In this document: positions 1 to 8,824 of the stretch, piece by piece
Layout of the letters: each line of letters begins with the position of its first letter
How positions within the stretch are numbered: the stretch's first letter is position 1
Assembly: GCA_045605805.1 (NCBI GenBank)
Contig: JAZUQR010000028.1
Location: 1 to 27,182 of the forward strand
DNA length: 27,182 nt
Source: Alphaproteobacteria bacterium
GTDB lineage: Bacteria > Pseudomonadota > Alphaproteobacteria > CAAHEQ01 > UBA3637
Reading direction: 5' to 3'
Position numbers and translations under genes: made by a program
Notes under the pieces: generated by a model
The model's input: the letters and a program-made list of their open reading frames with translations, nothing else
The model's database searches: none
Told to the model about the DNA's origin: nothing

Positions 1-128
1 GCCGTATTTTATCCTATCAAAACACATGGATATAAACGAGTTGAATATTTGGCATGTAGTGTATGAAAAGTGACCGCACAATAGTGAATTATTTTGAAAT
101 AAAGCGTCTTTTCTGCTTGACTACCGGC

Positions 129-388
129 TTATGAATACGCAAGTTAGCGATAACACAACACATTGCTGTTGTTTGTATTGAATAAGAATTTAGCAACTTT
201 GTTGTCACGAAAGTTGTCGATTTTTTGTCATAAAAGGTTCGGGGGGTGCAAAATTTCGGAAAAAAGAAGGGAACGGTCAATAAAACCGTTCCCAAAGTGT
301 CACTTTACTTTTCTTGAACTCTTGTCAAATTTCGTGTTCTCCGTCTTCATTTGGGTTTTCCACTCGTTCAAGAATAAACTGTTCAATG
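129..388. repeat. Left copy of terminal direct repeat (attL-like junction), matching 26923-27182
   Basis: TTATGAATACGCAAGTTAGCG... aligns base for base with the window end at offset 26,794. There are two mismatches (160 a/c, 248 g/c). The sequences upstream of 129 and of 26923 differ. Confidence 0.95.
260..293 (-). terminator. Rho-independent terminator closing the late operon
   Basis: Stem GGGAACGGT/ACCGTTCCC (269-293), followed on the minus strand by TTCTTTTTT, just past the stop of 325-768. A copy lies at 27054-27087. Confidence 0.8.
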
Positions 389-768
389 TGCCTGTAAAGT
401 TCATTCCAATTTATAATGTTTTCCCAATTTACGCTTTCAAATGCGTCAATGATTGCTTTTTTGACAAGGGGTCTAAATGCTGCAATTGGCAACATCTCAT
501 TACCAAAGTCAGACTTTTCAATTGCCTGTTTGACTTCTTGAATATCTGCCATGCGTTCAACTTCAAGTTCAGCCTTTTTTATTTCAGCAATTGCAAAGTC
601 AATTAAATCTTGTTTTATCTTTTCCCTTTGGTATCTGTTCGGGGCAAAATGACCCTTCCAAGATTGCTGTTTGCGTGTGTAGGGGTTTTTGTCACCCTTT
701 GCAACTTTCAGCGGGTCACGATAAATCAATTTGAATGTTCTTGTTTTGGCGTTGTATGTGACTTTCAT
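325..768 (-). CDS. Hypothetical phage protein (147 aa)
   Basis: ATG overlaps the upstream TGA (ATGA at 765-768), and a terminator follows. Confidence 0.8.
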   Translation of the reverse strand: MKVTYNAKTRTFKLIYRDPLKVAKGDKNPYTRKQQSWKGHFAPNRYQREKIKQDLIDFAIAEIKKAELEVERMADIQEVKQAIEKSDFGNEMLPIAAFRPLVKKAIIDAFESVNWENIINWNELYRHIEQFILERVENPNEDGEHEI

Positions 769-1634
769 TTTTCAAAAGAACAGAATGTGACATTTATTTT
801 GTTAAAATTGCCGTGACCTGTTGAACGGTGCGTTATTGACCAAAATAAATCATTACTTTTTATTTTGTATTGTTTGCCCCTGTAAGCAATCACCAAATCA
901 AAGTTCAAATATTCAAGTTTATTTGTTCCGTTTTCGGTTTGATGTTCTTGAACTTCATGTTTGGTGTAGTCAAACATAAACAACAATTCATCAGTTTGGC
1001 AATTTGGGGTTTCAATGAAGTTGAACTGTTGCAAGAATTCCCCAAATTGTAACTTGTAAAGTTTGCCTTGTTTGGTTTCTTCATTGAAAAAGTGAATTGC
1101 AAAACTGTCTTCAACCTTTTTGTCAATTGTCGGTTTTAGCGTCAAACGGGTCTTATCAGCGTTTTGAACCTTTATTTGGTCATTTACTTGTAAAATAATT
1201 TCAAACCCCTGCAAGGGGTGTTCAGGGCTGTTGAATGACAAAACAAGTTTGCCAACATTTGGAAAATATGTCACATTCTTTTGACTTGTCCGTTTTCCAT
1301 CAGTCAAGAACAAATTAGCGTTCTTTAATCTGTTACCATTTGGAAAACGGTTATCAATCAAAATGGAATGAGCAAATGAAGAAACTGTTTTCATTTCATT
1401 GAAAATTTGTTTGCCCTTGTAAAAGGCATTCAAGAAAAATGTTCCGTGTTCGTCATTTGTTGTCAAATAACCTTGTCCAATTTCAGGTTTCTTTTTTAAT
1501 TCTTCATGTGTTCCACCTGTAAAACCAATTTCAATGAATGTTTTAAGTTCATTGTAACAATTCAATGTTTCATCGTTTAGGCATGGAATACCAAACCAAT
1601 AAACGCCATTATCATCAAGTCTTCTTAACTTCAT
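765..1634 (-). CDS. Hypothetical phage protein (~289 aa, MKLRRLDD...)
   Basis: The ORF track start (1856) overlaps gene 1693-2127 and a terminator, so the ATG at 1634 is the more plausible start. Ends in TGA coupled to the next gene. Confidence 0.7.
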   Translation of the reverse strand: MKLRRLDDNGVYWFGIPCLNDETLNCYNELKTFIEIGFTGGTHEELKKKPEIGQGYLTTNDEHGTFFLNAFYKGKQIFNEMKTVSSFAHSILIDNRFPNGNRLKNANLFLTDGKRTSQKNVTYFPNVGKLVLSFNSPEHPLQGFEIILQVNDQIKVQNADKTRLTLKPTIDKKVEDSFAIHFFNEETKQGKLYKLQFGEFLQQFNFIETPNCQTDELLFMFDYTKHEVQEHQTENGTNKLEYLNFDLVIAYRGKQYKIKSNDLFWSITHRSTGHGNFNKINVTFCSFEK

Positions 1635-1640
1635 AGAAGG

Positions 1641-1666
1641 AAAAAAGGCGGTCAAGTTTGACCGCC
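1641..1666 (-). terminator. Rho-independent terminator after 1693-2127
   Basis: Stem GGCGGTCAA/TTGACCGCC plus T6 on the minus strand. Confidence 0.7.
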
Positions 1667-1692
1667 ATGTTTTTATTGTGGTTCTTGAATAA

Positions 1693-2127
1693 TTAGATTT
1701 CCTGACCTTCTCCGTTGTCTTCGGTTTCAGCCGTTTTGGGTTCTTCCGACTTGGGTTCTTCCGTTTTCTTTGCTGTCTTGCGAGCGGGTTTGAATGTTGC
1801 CACAAAATACAGCAATTCTTCAACATTTGCTTCTTTGAGTGCTTGACGGATTTCACGCTTCTTCATGGTTTCACTTGACCCGTTAGAACCATATTGCAAG
1901 TAAAGTTTATTAAGAATTGCTTCTTCAAGATTGTCAATTGCGTTCTTGATAATTGTAATCTTTTCTTCTTTTTTCAGTTCTGCGGGGTCTTTCAACTCAA
2001 CATTGCAATAATGTTTGTAAGCCTTGTTCAGGGCGTTACCCTCCAATTCTTTCATTCTTTCAGAAAATTGCTTTTTGGCAATTTTCTGCATTTGAGCCTG
2101 TGCGACTTGCTTCTTCTCGTTTTCCAT
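1693..2127 (-). CDS. Hypothetical charged helical protein (144 aa)
   Basis: ATG to TAA, Lys/Glu-rich, followed by a terminator. Confidence 0.8.
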   Translation of the reverse strand: MENEKKQVAQAQMQKIAKKQFSERMKELEGNALNKAYKHYCNVELKDPAELKKEEKITIIKNAIDNLEEAILNKLYLQYGSNGSSETMKKREIRQALKEANVEELLYFVATFKPARKTAKKTEEPKSEEPKTAETEDNGEGQEI

Positions 2128-2236
2128 GACTGTGTTCTGTGTTTGAGGTTCAAGAAGGGTGTCACCATGAAACCCTTATTTTGTAACCGTATAGAACCAC
2201 TTTTGAACCAACATGTCAAGTCAAAACATTGGGTCT

Positions 2237-3031
2237 TCAACAATTTACTGATAACTTTGTGTTCAATTTGATGAAGCCGTTACAATTTTGGGCTGTAATG
2301 TAAGTTCTGAAGCCTGTTTCCATGTCAAACAAATAAAGAACATTTTGAGGTGTTTTCAGGTCTTCCCAAGTCTTTTTTTCGTTTGTGGTTGTGACCATAC
2401 CCTTCATTGTGGGTTCATAAATAATTGGGTCATTACCACTGCTTGAACCTCCCCCATTATTCAAATTAAAAAAGCCTTCATTTGTATCAATGGCAACAAA
2501 CTTCTTTTGATTACCACATGAAGCAAACTTGCAATCTGTTGCAATTCTTGAAAGTCTTCTATAAATAACATTCTTTTCATTAGATTGCATTAATGGTGTT
2601 GAACTATACTTCAAAATTGAACACAAAACTTCATCATGGTTATCATTCAAATAAATAACTTGATACAATGTGCCATTGTCTGACAAACATTTGTAATCAG
2701 CAATCTTTTTCAATTTGTAGTCACATGGAACATAACGCAATTTGTCACTTATGGAAAATGAAACATCTCTTGCGTATAATCCACTTTCACCAACAAATGT
2801 GTTGTCATACCCTGACAAGACAATTCCCGCCCCGTCTTTTTTCCACATTTCTGCAACTGGATGTGTGACTGTTGGTGTGTGTGGTAAAGGAACGGTATCT
2901 GTAAAACCATTTACAGAAATGTCATTTTGTTTGTTCAATTTTTCAAAAAGTTCATTGATTGCTTTTACTTCTTCATTCAACTTGTCATGAAAAAGTGGTT
3001 CGCCCTGTTTCCAAAGTTCTAATTTATCCAT
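2237..3031 (-). CDS. Putative minor tail / tail-tip protein (264 aa)
   Basis: Lies downstream of the tape measure, 8 bp from the upstream gene. Function is inferred from position only. Confidence 0.6.
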   Translation of the reverse strand: MDKLELWKQGEPLFHDKLNEEVKAINELFEKLNKQNDISVNGFTDTVPLPHTPTVTHPVAEMWKKDGAGIVLSGYDNTFVGESGLYARDVSFSISDKLRYVPCDYKLKKIADYKCLSDNGTLYQVIYLNDNHDEVLCSILKYSSTPLMQSNEKNVIYRRLSRIATDCKFASCGNQKKFVAIDTNEGFFNLNNGGGSSSGNDPIIYEPTMKGMVTTTNEKKTWEDLKTPQNVLYLFDMETGFRTYITAQNCNGFIKLNTKLSVNC

Positions 3032-3039
3032 GCTTTTAT

Positions 3040-3909
3040 TTAGTTTGTTGTTGTTGTTGATGTGGCTAACATATCGGGGTCATACTGTCCAATTGAATAA
3101 GTTTCTTGAACTTGATAACCGCCACCTTCAGCGGGTGAAGAACTTGCTCCCATGAAAACTGATATGTATGGTGCAGAAAATTGGAAGTTACCGCCACTTG
3201 GGGCTTTTTGTGTTCCAATTCCGTTCATGTTTGCAACGGGTGTTTCACTCCAATATGAAACCGTGATATTCACACTTGGAACATAATAAACGGGGTTCTT
3301 TATTGCTTTTAGAACATTGGGGTCAGTATGAAGCAAGATGTCTTTCAAGAACTTGTTTTGTGGATTTCCGTCAGCGTCAAGTCCGTTGGGAATAACTGTC
3401 AAGGGGCTTGCCCCGTTGATGTATTGTTTCAATGCTCCAAGTTTTTCAGCGTCCCATGATTTATACGGTTCTTTGAAAAGAATTGACTGTTGAATTGCTG
3501 TGACGCTCGTATTTACAATTTTGGGTCTGTCGGGTGTTCCGTATTTTTCTTTTTGTTGCTGTTCAACTTCACTTTGTGTTGCTTCAAGTGTTTGCAAAAG
3601 TTTTCCCGTTCTTATTTGCAAATTCCACATTTCACCTTCACTTCTTGAAACAGTTGCTTGAACTGAAAGACCAACTTCAAGAATTGTCGCTTCACTTACG
3701 GTTGCTGAACTTGGGTTGAAATAAGCCTTGTTCAATTCTTCTTCAAGTTGTTCTTCAATCTGTTCTTTTGTTCCTGTAAAACTGTATTCAATTGTTTCAT
3801 CAGACACGGAAACATTGAAACCGTGAAGTTCTTCCTGTGTTGGTGCGGTTTTTGTATAGGTTCGTTGAACCTGTTCTTTCAAGTTTATGTTATACTTCAA
3901 TACACTCAT
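3040..3909 (-). CDS. Putative minor tail protein (~289 aa, MSVLKYN...)
   Basis: The ATG at 3909 avoids the terminator and AT-rich spacer covered by the ORF-track start at 4008. Ser/Thr/Gly-rich, in the tail region. Confidence 0.6.
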   Translation of the reverse strand: MSVLKYNINLKEQVQRTYTKTAPTQEELHGFNVSVSDETIEYSFTGTKEQIEEQLEEELNKAYFNPSSATVSEATILEVGLSVQATVSRSEGEMWNLQIRTGKLLQTLEATQSEVEQQQKEKYGTPDRPKIVNTSVTAIQQSILFKEPYKSWDAEKLGALKQYINGASPLTVIPNGLDADGNPQNKFLKDILLHTDPNVLKAIKNPVYYVPSVNITVSYWSETPVANMNGIGTQKAPSGGNFQFSAPYISVFMGASSSPAEGGGYQVQETYSIGQYDPDMLATSTTTTN

Positions 3910-3986
3910 TTCTTTATAATTTACAATGTGTTTTCCTAAAATGAAAAGTAAAATGAAAAGAATTGTTTTTGATAAAACAATAAATG

Positions 3987-4014
3987 AAAAGAACGGTTGT
4001 TTGTTCAACCGTTC
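3987..4014 (-). terminator. Terminator overlapping the end of the frameshifted chaperone ORF
   Basis: Stem GAACGGTTG/CAACCGTTC followed by TTTT on the minus strand. Confidence 0.6.
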
Positions 4015-4238
4015 AATTCTTCTTCAATAAATGTGTCAAGGCTGTCAATGTCAAGTTTAGGTGTAGAAGCGTCAGCATTTGACCATGTTGTTTCTGCTCC
4101 GTCTAAAACTTGCAATGCGTGGCTGTATAATAGAACTTTGTAAAAAGGCATGTTTATGATTTCCTTTTCAGTCAAGTTCATTTTACTTCCCAAGTAAGCA
4201 ATGAGCCAAACTGTCAAACTTGGGGTTGCTCGTTTTTT
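4005..4238 (-). CDS. -1 frameshift extension of tail assembly chaperone (gpGT-like C-terminal part)
   Basis: Slippery heptamer A AAA AAC at 4238-4232. The -1 frame reads KRATPSLTVWLIAYLGSKMNL... and is continuous with ORF 4005-4217. Confidence 0.7.
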   Translation of the reverse strand, partial: KKRATPSLTVWLIAYLGSKMNLTEKEIINMPFYKVLLYSHALQVLDGAETTWSNADASTPKLDIDSLDTFIEEELNG

Positions 4239-4645
4239 GATTGACCTTTACTTTGTGAAATTGATTTTGTTTTGCTGTTGTTTATGTTGTCTCTGTCACG
4301 CATGATGTCTTGAATGAAAACAACAATGTCGTCAATGGTCAAGTTCAATCCGAACATTACAATTTTTTCTGTCCATTGTTCAGGCTTCAATCTTGACTGC
4401 AAGACTTCTTTTGTTACCTGTTCAATTGGCTGTGTGTGAAGATAAACAAATTCCAACATGGCTGTTACATTCTCAATTGGAATTTCTGCCCCGTTCAACA
4501 TAACTGAAACAAACGGATTATTCAACATTTGCAACAATGAGATTGAACCCATGCTGACATGTCTAATGCCTGAAATGGTTTCATTGTTTGGAATTGAAAC
4601 ATCAAAAAAAGTGTTATCTCGTGAAGTGTTACTGTCTTTATTCAT
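4214..4645 (-). CDS. Tail assembly chaperone (gpG-like, 143 aa)
   Basis: Size fits, it is adjacent to the tape measure, and it has a 3' slippery site with an overlapping -1 ORF. Confidence 0.65.
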   Translation of the reverse strand: MNKDSNTSRDNTFFDVSIPNNETISGIRHVSMGSISLLQMLNNPFVSVMLNGAEIPIENVTAMLEFVYLHTQPIEQVTKEVLQSRLKPEQWTEKIVMFGLNLTIDDIVVFIQDIMRDRDNINNSKTKSISQSKGQSKNEQPQV

Positions 4646-4680
4646 AATTGTGTGATAATTGTATTTATTTAGTTTTTCCT

Positions 4681-6942
4681 TTACAATGCCCTTGGAACAA
4701 TATTCAATTTTTGAATTGCTTCAATCTCTGTTTTGAATAAGTTTATCTGACATTGTAATTTTGCGTTTTGTTCTTCAAGTTGTTTTCTCTGTTGTGCCAT
4801 TTGATGAAGGGCGGGGTCATTGTGAGTGATTGCAAGTCCTTGTCCCCATGCTCCACGCTCGTATGTGGTAATTTTTCCGTTCTTGCATTCCAAACAAGAT
4901 GAAGTTACAAAATTCAATCCACCTTTTATGAAGTCAATTTTATCTTGTAAAGTTTTACTTTCATTATTCAAACCAAACAATTTATTTTCACGGTCTTTTA
5001 TCATTTTGTCTTGTTCGCCTGTGACATGTTTATTTATGTCTTCAAGTGAATACCCAAGTTTTACCATTTGTTCCAAAGTTCGGTTCATGTCAATCTGGAA
5101 TGCCGCTTGTCTGTCACCGTTCTTTGCTTTGTATGATAATTCAAAGTTTTCACGCCCCTTTGCTTTGGCTTCTTCTTCCTTTTGCTTCTTATCAATCATG
5201 TCAAACATGGGCTTGAAATGTTTAACAAATTCAACATCAGCGTCAGTTCCTTTGCCACTTCTCATGTTTTGTTTGGCTTCATCGTATCGTGTGCGAACTT
5301 CATCAGCGTTTGTAAATTTGTCTTGTCTATGGTTCAACCTCCACGCTTTTATGTAATCATTTTCATGTTGTGCGTCACTTAACAATGTTTCAACTTGAAT
5401 TTCTTTTGCTCGTTTGGCAAGTCTTTGACGCTCCTTTTCAAGTTCAATGTCCTTTTGTTTCTTTTCAAGTGTCTGTTCAAGAATTGAAAGTTGTTCTTTT
5501 GCCTGTTGAACTAAAACTTCACCGTTCTTTTTTCTTTCTTCATCAACATATGGGTCAGCAATGTCATGTTCAGTTTGTTCAATTAACTTCTTCATTGTTT
5601 CAATTTTAGAAGATAACTTTGCAACACTGTCGCTGTCTTCCATACCATACGCAAGTTCAGACAATGTGACCCCGTGAGCCTGTGCAGATAAATTTAACCC
5701 TGCAACATGGCTGTCAAGTTTGTTCATGCTGTTCTGTGCGTCAATGTTCTGTTTGTCATTCACCACATTATCAAGCCATGACATTAAACCTGCAAGTTCT
5801 TCTCCCAAATCACGCATTAGGTCATTCCACCCGTCCTTCATGGTCAGCCATAAATCTTCCGCTTGTGCCCCCATGCGTGCCCATGTCTCGTGCATTGTTT
5901 CAACATCTTGTTTAGTCAAATATGCTTTTTCTGCTTCATGTTCTCTTTTGGCATGTTCAGTTCTTACCTTGTCAAATTCGGCTGTGTATGTTTTAGCGTA
6001 AAAGTCATTTTGTAATTCTTGGGTTTGTTTCTGGTAATATTGAGCGTTCTTGATTACATTGTTTTGGTTCGCCCCTGCAACTGAAATTTTTACTGCTTCT
6101 TCCGCTGCCTTCTTAAATTGTTCAGCGGTTATCTTACCTTGTTCAGCAATTTTCTTTGCTTCTTCCGCAGATACGCCCAAAATGTCACCCAAAGTTCTGT
6201 AAATTGGAATACCTTTTTCATTCATTTGTTTCAAACTTTCGTTTTCAACTGTTCCGAACTGTTGGGCTTTTGCAACCAATTCAGCAAAGAAATCAGCACT
6301 TTCACCCGTTCCCGCTGCCATGTCTGCAATTAGGGCTGTCCATTTTCTGACTTCACATTGATTGCCCTTGAATGCTAACATCATCTTTTGGGCTGTCTTT
6401 GTCAAGTTCTCCACGGGAATTGAACCTTTAATTCCAAGTTCAATCAAGTCTTTTGTAAGTCTGGAAACATCACCCGAACCGCCCATATTACGGTTCAAGT
6501 TGCCCAAATTGTTGTTCAAACTTCTTTCTTGATTAAACCTTGCTTGACCCTGTTCCGCTCGTTTTGCTGTCACTTTATAGCCCAAAACGGGAAGACCAAT
6601 TGTCGCTGCAATGGCTGCACCATACGGGCCCAATCTTGCCAAACCTCCAAGTCTGCCACCAATACCGCCACCAATACCGCTAAACTTTGATGTCAATCCA
6701 CCTAATTTGTCACTTAAAAAGTTTTTTACAGTTCCCCCAAATCCTGATAAACCTGATGTTGTTCCACCTTTTGACAAAACTGTTGTTCTTCCTTTACCCA
6801 AACCGCTACCGACTGACATTCTCTTGTTTTGCTGTTCAGCAATTTGTCCAGTTCGTTTAATCTCGGTTTGTAAAGTCTTCAAACCCTGCAAGGCGGGTTT
6901 GTTGTTTATACTTGTTTCAATTCCAACTTTTCCGTTACTCAT
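4681..6942 (-). CDS. Tape measure protein (753 aa)
   Basis: Gly-rich N-terminus, a tape-measure domain pattern (IADMAAGTG...LKQMNEKGIPIY..LGDILGVS...AEQGKITAEQF) and long coiled coils. Confidence 0.9.
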   Translation of the reverse strand: MSNGKVGIETSINNKPALQGLKTLQTEIKRTGQIAEQQNKRMSVGSGLGKGRTTVLSKGGTTSGLSGFGGTVKNFLSDKLGGLTSKFSGIGGGIGGRLGGLARLGPYGAAIAATIGLPVLGYKVTAKRAEQGQARFNQERSLNNNLGNLNRNMGGSGDVSRLTKDLIELGIKGSIPVENLTKTAQKMMLAFKGNQCEVRKWTALIADMAAGTGESADFFAELVAKAQQFGTVENESLKQMNEKGIPIYRTLGDILGVSAEEAKKIAEQGKITAEQFKKAAEEAVKISVAGANQNNVIKNAQYYQKQTQELQNDFYAKTYTAEFDKVRTEHAKREHEAEKAYLTKQDVETMHETWARMGAQAEDLWLTMKDGWNDLMRDLGEELAGLMSWLDNVVNDKQNIDAQNSMNKLDSHVAGLNLSAQAHGVTLSELAYGMEDSDSVAKLSSKIETMKKLIEQTEHDIADPYVDEERKKNGEVLVQQAKEQLSILEQTLEKKQKDIELEKERQRLAKRAKEIQVETLLSDAQHENDYIKAWRLNHRQDKFTNADEVRTRYDEAKQNMRSGKGTDADVEFVKHFKPMFDMIDKKQKEEEAKAKGRENFELSYKAKNGDRQAAFQIDMNRTLEQMVKLGYSLEDINKHVTGEQDKMIKDRENKLFGLNNESKTLQDKIDFIKGGLNFVTSSCLECKNGKITTYERGAWGQGLAITHNDPALHQMAQQRKQLEEQNAKLQCQINLFKTEIEAIQKLNIVPRAL

Positions 6943-6995
6943 TTCTTTATTTTCTTCTTTCCGTTTTCACTCGTTCAATTATTCAACAAAAGGTT

Positions 6996-7748
6996 TCATC
7001 CATTATTCAACATGTCAATGACTTTTTGCTTCATTTCTTTTCCACATCGTTTGTCAATCAATGCCATTTTTTCACCGCGAACAATTAGAATTTTTTCTTC
7101 ATTCCATACACCTGACATCAATTCTTTTCTATTCATTCCAGTTGAAACCAAAACGGACAAGGGGCTGTAATCATCGTTATCAGTTTCAATTACTTTATTC
7201 TTCATGTCTTCAATCTTCTTCAATGACATGTCGCTTGTTCGGTTCAACATTATGTTCAACTGTTGGTTTTCGTCAAAATAATAACCACTTATTGAACACC
7301 CCAAAGAACAAGCGGTTGCAACATCCCATAAATCACTTGTTCTTTCATTGTCAAAATAACTTGAACTTGTAATTGGTATTTGTTGCCCGTTGTCGTTCTT
7401 CAATACGGTGTAACCGTCACAAATAATCTGTTGCAATGGTTGTTTGTCTGTTACAACTGACTTCAAAACTTGGTAATTATGGGCTGTTAGTTTTGCATAT
7501 TCTGCCAAATTAGAAATTGCTTTACCTTTTGTTGGTAACTTGTATTTTTTCATTACATCTTCACATGTTCCCAAATCCTGATAACCCTGTGAAACATCGT
7601 CAAATGACCATTGACCGCTTTTCGGTCTTTTCACATTTGGGTTATTCAAGTCAAGTGTGGAAGTTACAAGAAACTTCTTCATTGCATACCCAAGAGAAAC
7701 AAGAAAACTTGCCAAATCAACATTCAAAACTTTCAATTCATAATTCAT
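6996..7748 (-). CDS. Hypothetical protein (250 aa) between major tail and tape measure genes
   Basis: Intact ATG-TGA ORF with no motif recognised. Confidence 0.75.
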   Translation of the reverse strand: MNYELKVLNVDLASFLVSLGYAMKKFLVTSTLDLNNPNVKRPKSGQWSFDDVSQGYQDLGTCEDVMKKYKLPTKGKAISNLAEYAKLTAHNYQVLKSVVTDKQPLQQIICDGYTVLKNDNGQQIPITSSSYFDNERTSDLWDVATACSLGCSISGYYFDENQQLNIMLNRTSDMSLKKIEDMKNKVIETDNDDYSPLSVLVSTGMNRKELMSGVWNEEKILIVRGEKMALIDKRCGKEMKQKVIDMLNNG

Positions 7749-7778
7749 AATTCATTTATTTACTTTTTCATTTTCCAT

Positions 7779-7813
7779 AAAAAAGAACGGTCAATGTTTT
7801 TGTCATTGACCGT
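7779..7813 (-). terminator. Terminator after major tail gene (near-identical to 10127-10160)
   Basis: Stem ACGGTCAATG/CATTGACCGT plus TCTTTTTT on the minus strand. Confidence 0.8.
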
Positions 7814-7843
7814 CCATGAATAAATTGTTGTTTAGTTTTTTAA

Positions 7844-8284
7844 TCAGTTGAAAGAATAAGCCGTTCCGCTCAAACTAAATGTTGCTGCACCTCCTGCGGA
7901 AGTGTTGAAAGAAGCAGACTTGATTATTGCAATGTTTGGAACATTTATTTCTTGATTGAAACCAATATGCTGACCTTCATACAAAAGGAAGGGTAAAAGT
8001 TTTAATTCATTGGTACATGACATTGCTTTTGCATCTCCAACTCTAATCTCTAAACAATTATTTGTATTAAGAATTGTTCCGCTCATGTCAAACCCAACGG
8101 TCTGGTCATAAATCAAGTAACCGCAAACTGCCCCGTTCTCGTCAGTCTGTTCATAGTCCTTTATTTCAATATTGGTGTTAAAACTGTCAATAATGACACC
8201 GTTCTTCAATGAATTGAACTTTTGTCCTTCGCTGTCCCATGTTCCCCAATATGGGGTTTTTCCTTGTCTTAAAATATTTGCCAT
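7844..8284 (-). CDS. Probable major tail tube protein (146 aa)
   Basis: Position, beta-rich composition and a C-terminal ATFSLSGTAY typical of tube proteins. It shares its leader and terminator with the capsid gene. Confidence 0.7.
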   Translation of the reverse strand: MANILRQGKTPYWGTWDSEGQKFNSLKNGVIIDSFNTNIEIKDYEQTDENGAVCGYLIYDQTVGFDMSGTILNTNNCLEIRVGDAKAMSCTNELKLLPFLLYEGQHIGFNQEINVPNIAIIKSASFNTSAGGAATFSLSGTAYSFN

Positions 8285-8345
8285 TTGTAAAAATCTTTCT
8301 ATTTGTAAAAATTGTTAATAATACTTTATTTTGTTTCAAGTTTTC

Positions 8346-8412
8346 CCATTTCAAAGTTTTCTTTGAATGTTACCAAATCAAAGTTTCCTTTGAATGTAAC
8401 CATTTCAAAGTT
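8346..8412. repeat. 27-bp tandem repeat (~2.4 copies) with internal palindrome TTCAAAG-N4-CTTTGAA
   Basis: Units start at 8347, 8374 and 8401. Confidence 0.85.
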
Positions 8413-8824
8413 GAACAATGAATGTCATTGGTAAGTTGAACGAAAGATAAACTCCATCAATACTGACTTCATTTGTTTCAGACATGGCTTCAATCAAAAC
8501 AGCGTCAAGAATGTTTGTGTAATGCTTTTCTTTACACCAATTTGAAACAAACAATTCAAATTCTTTGACTTCATTCAAAACTTTTTCATTACCATATTCA
8601 CCAATGAGAATTTGACCCGTCAAGGCAACATCAACTTCAAATGTCTTGTTACCTTTTACAACTTCACTTTTACCGTTCATGTGAAGAACGGCTAAAAGGT
8701 TCTTATTTTCGTCAGGTGTTTCATTTGGTATTTCTGACCGAACATCCCAATGAAGTAAAGTGTTTGTTTGGTTCTCCGTCCAATCGGCTGCAATTTCTTT
8801 CAATAATTCTGTTAATGTTGTCAT
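8405..8824 (-). CDS. Putative tail terminator/completion protein (139 aa)
   Basis: Acidic, typical size, directly upstream of the major tail gene, with ATGA coupling. Confidence 0.6.
   Translation of the reverse strand: MTTLTELLKEIAADWTENQTNTLLHWDVRSEIPNETPDENKNLLAVLHMNGKSEVVKGNKTFEVDVALTGQILIGEYGNEKVLNEVKEFELFVSNWCKEKHYTNILDAVLIEAMSETNEVSIDGVYLSFNLPMTFIVQL

Noticed and set aside
1-128. Identifiable host gene or host taxon
   Set aside because: The flank is too short. Some proteins loosely recall Verrucomicrobia-type prophages, but I cannot support that without a search.
112-139. dif-like XerCD site at the junction (TTATG right arm)
   Set aside because: The left arm lacks the ATAA half-site, and the element encodes its own integrase.
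222-260. tRNA fragment or suppressor tRNA at the att site (TCATAA...GGTTCGGGGGGTGCAAA)
   Set aside because: No cloverleaf, paired T-stem or CCA could be built. I found no CUA-anticodon tRNA anywhere by eye; tRNAscan-SE or ARAGORN should confirm.
89-295. 68-aa ORFs at 89-295 and 26883-27089
   Set aside because: They run across a terminator and the att arm sites, and their C-termini differ at the junction.
2052-2243. TGA readthrough or frameshift extending gene 2237-3031 (63-aa ORF)
   Set aside because: Several further TGAs follow in frame, no slippery site is evident, and TGA is clearly a stop elsewhere (ATGA overlaps at 765, 8821, 20284).
325-3909. Diversity-generating retroelement or tail-fibre invertase system
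   Set aside because: No reverse transcriptase, TR/VR pair or serine invertase was seen.
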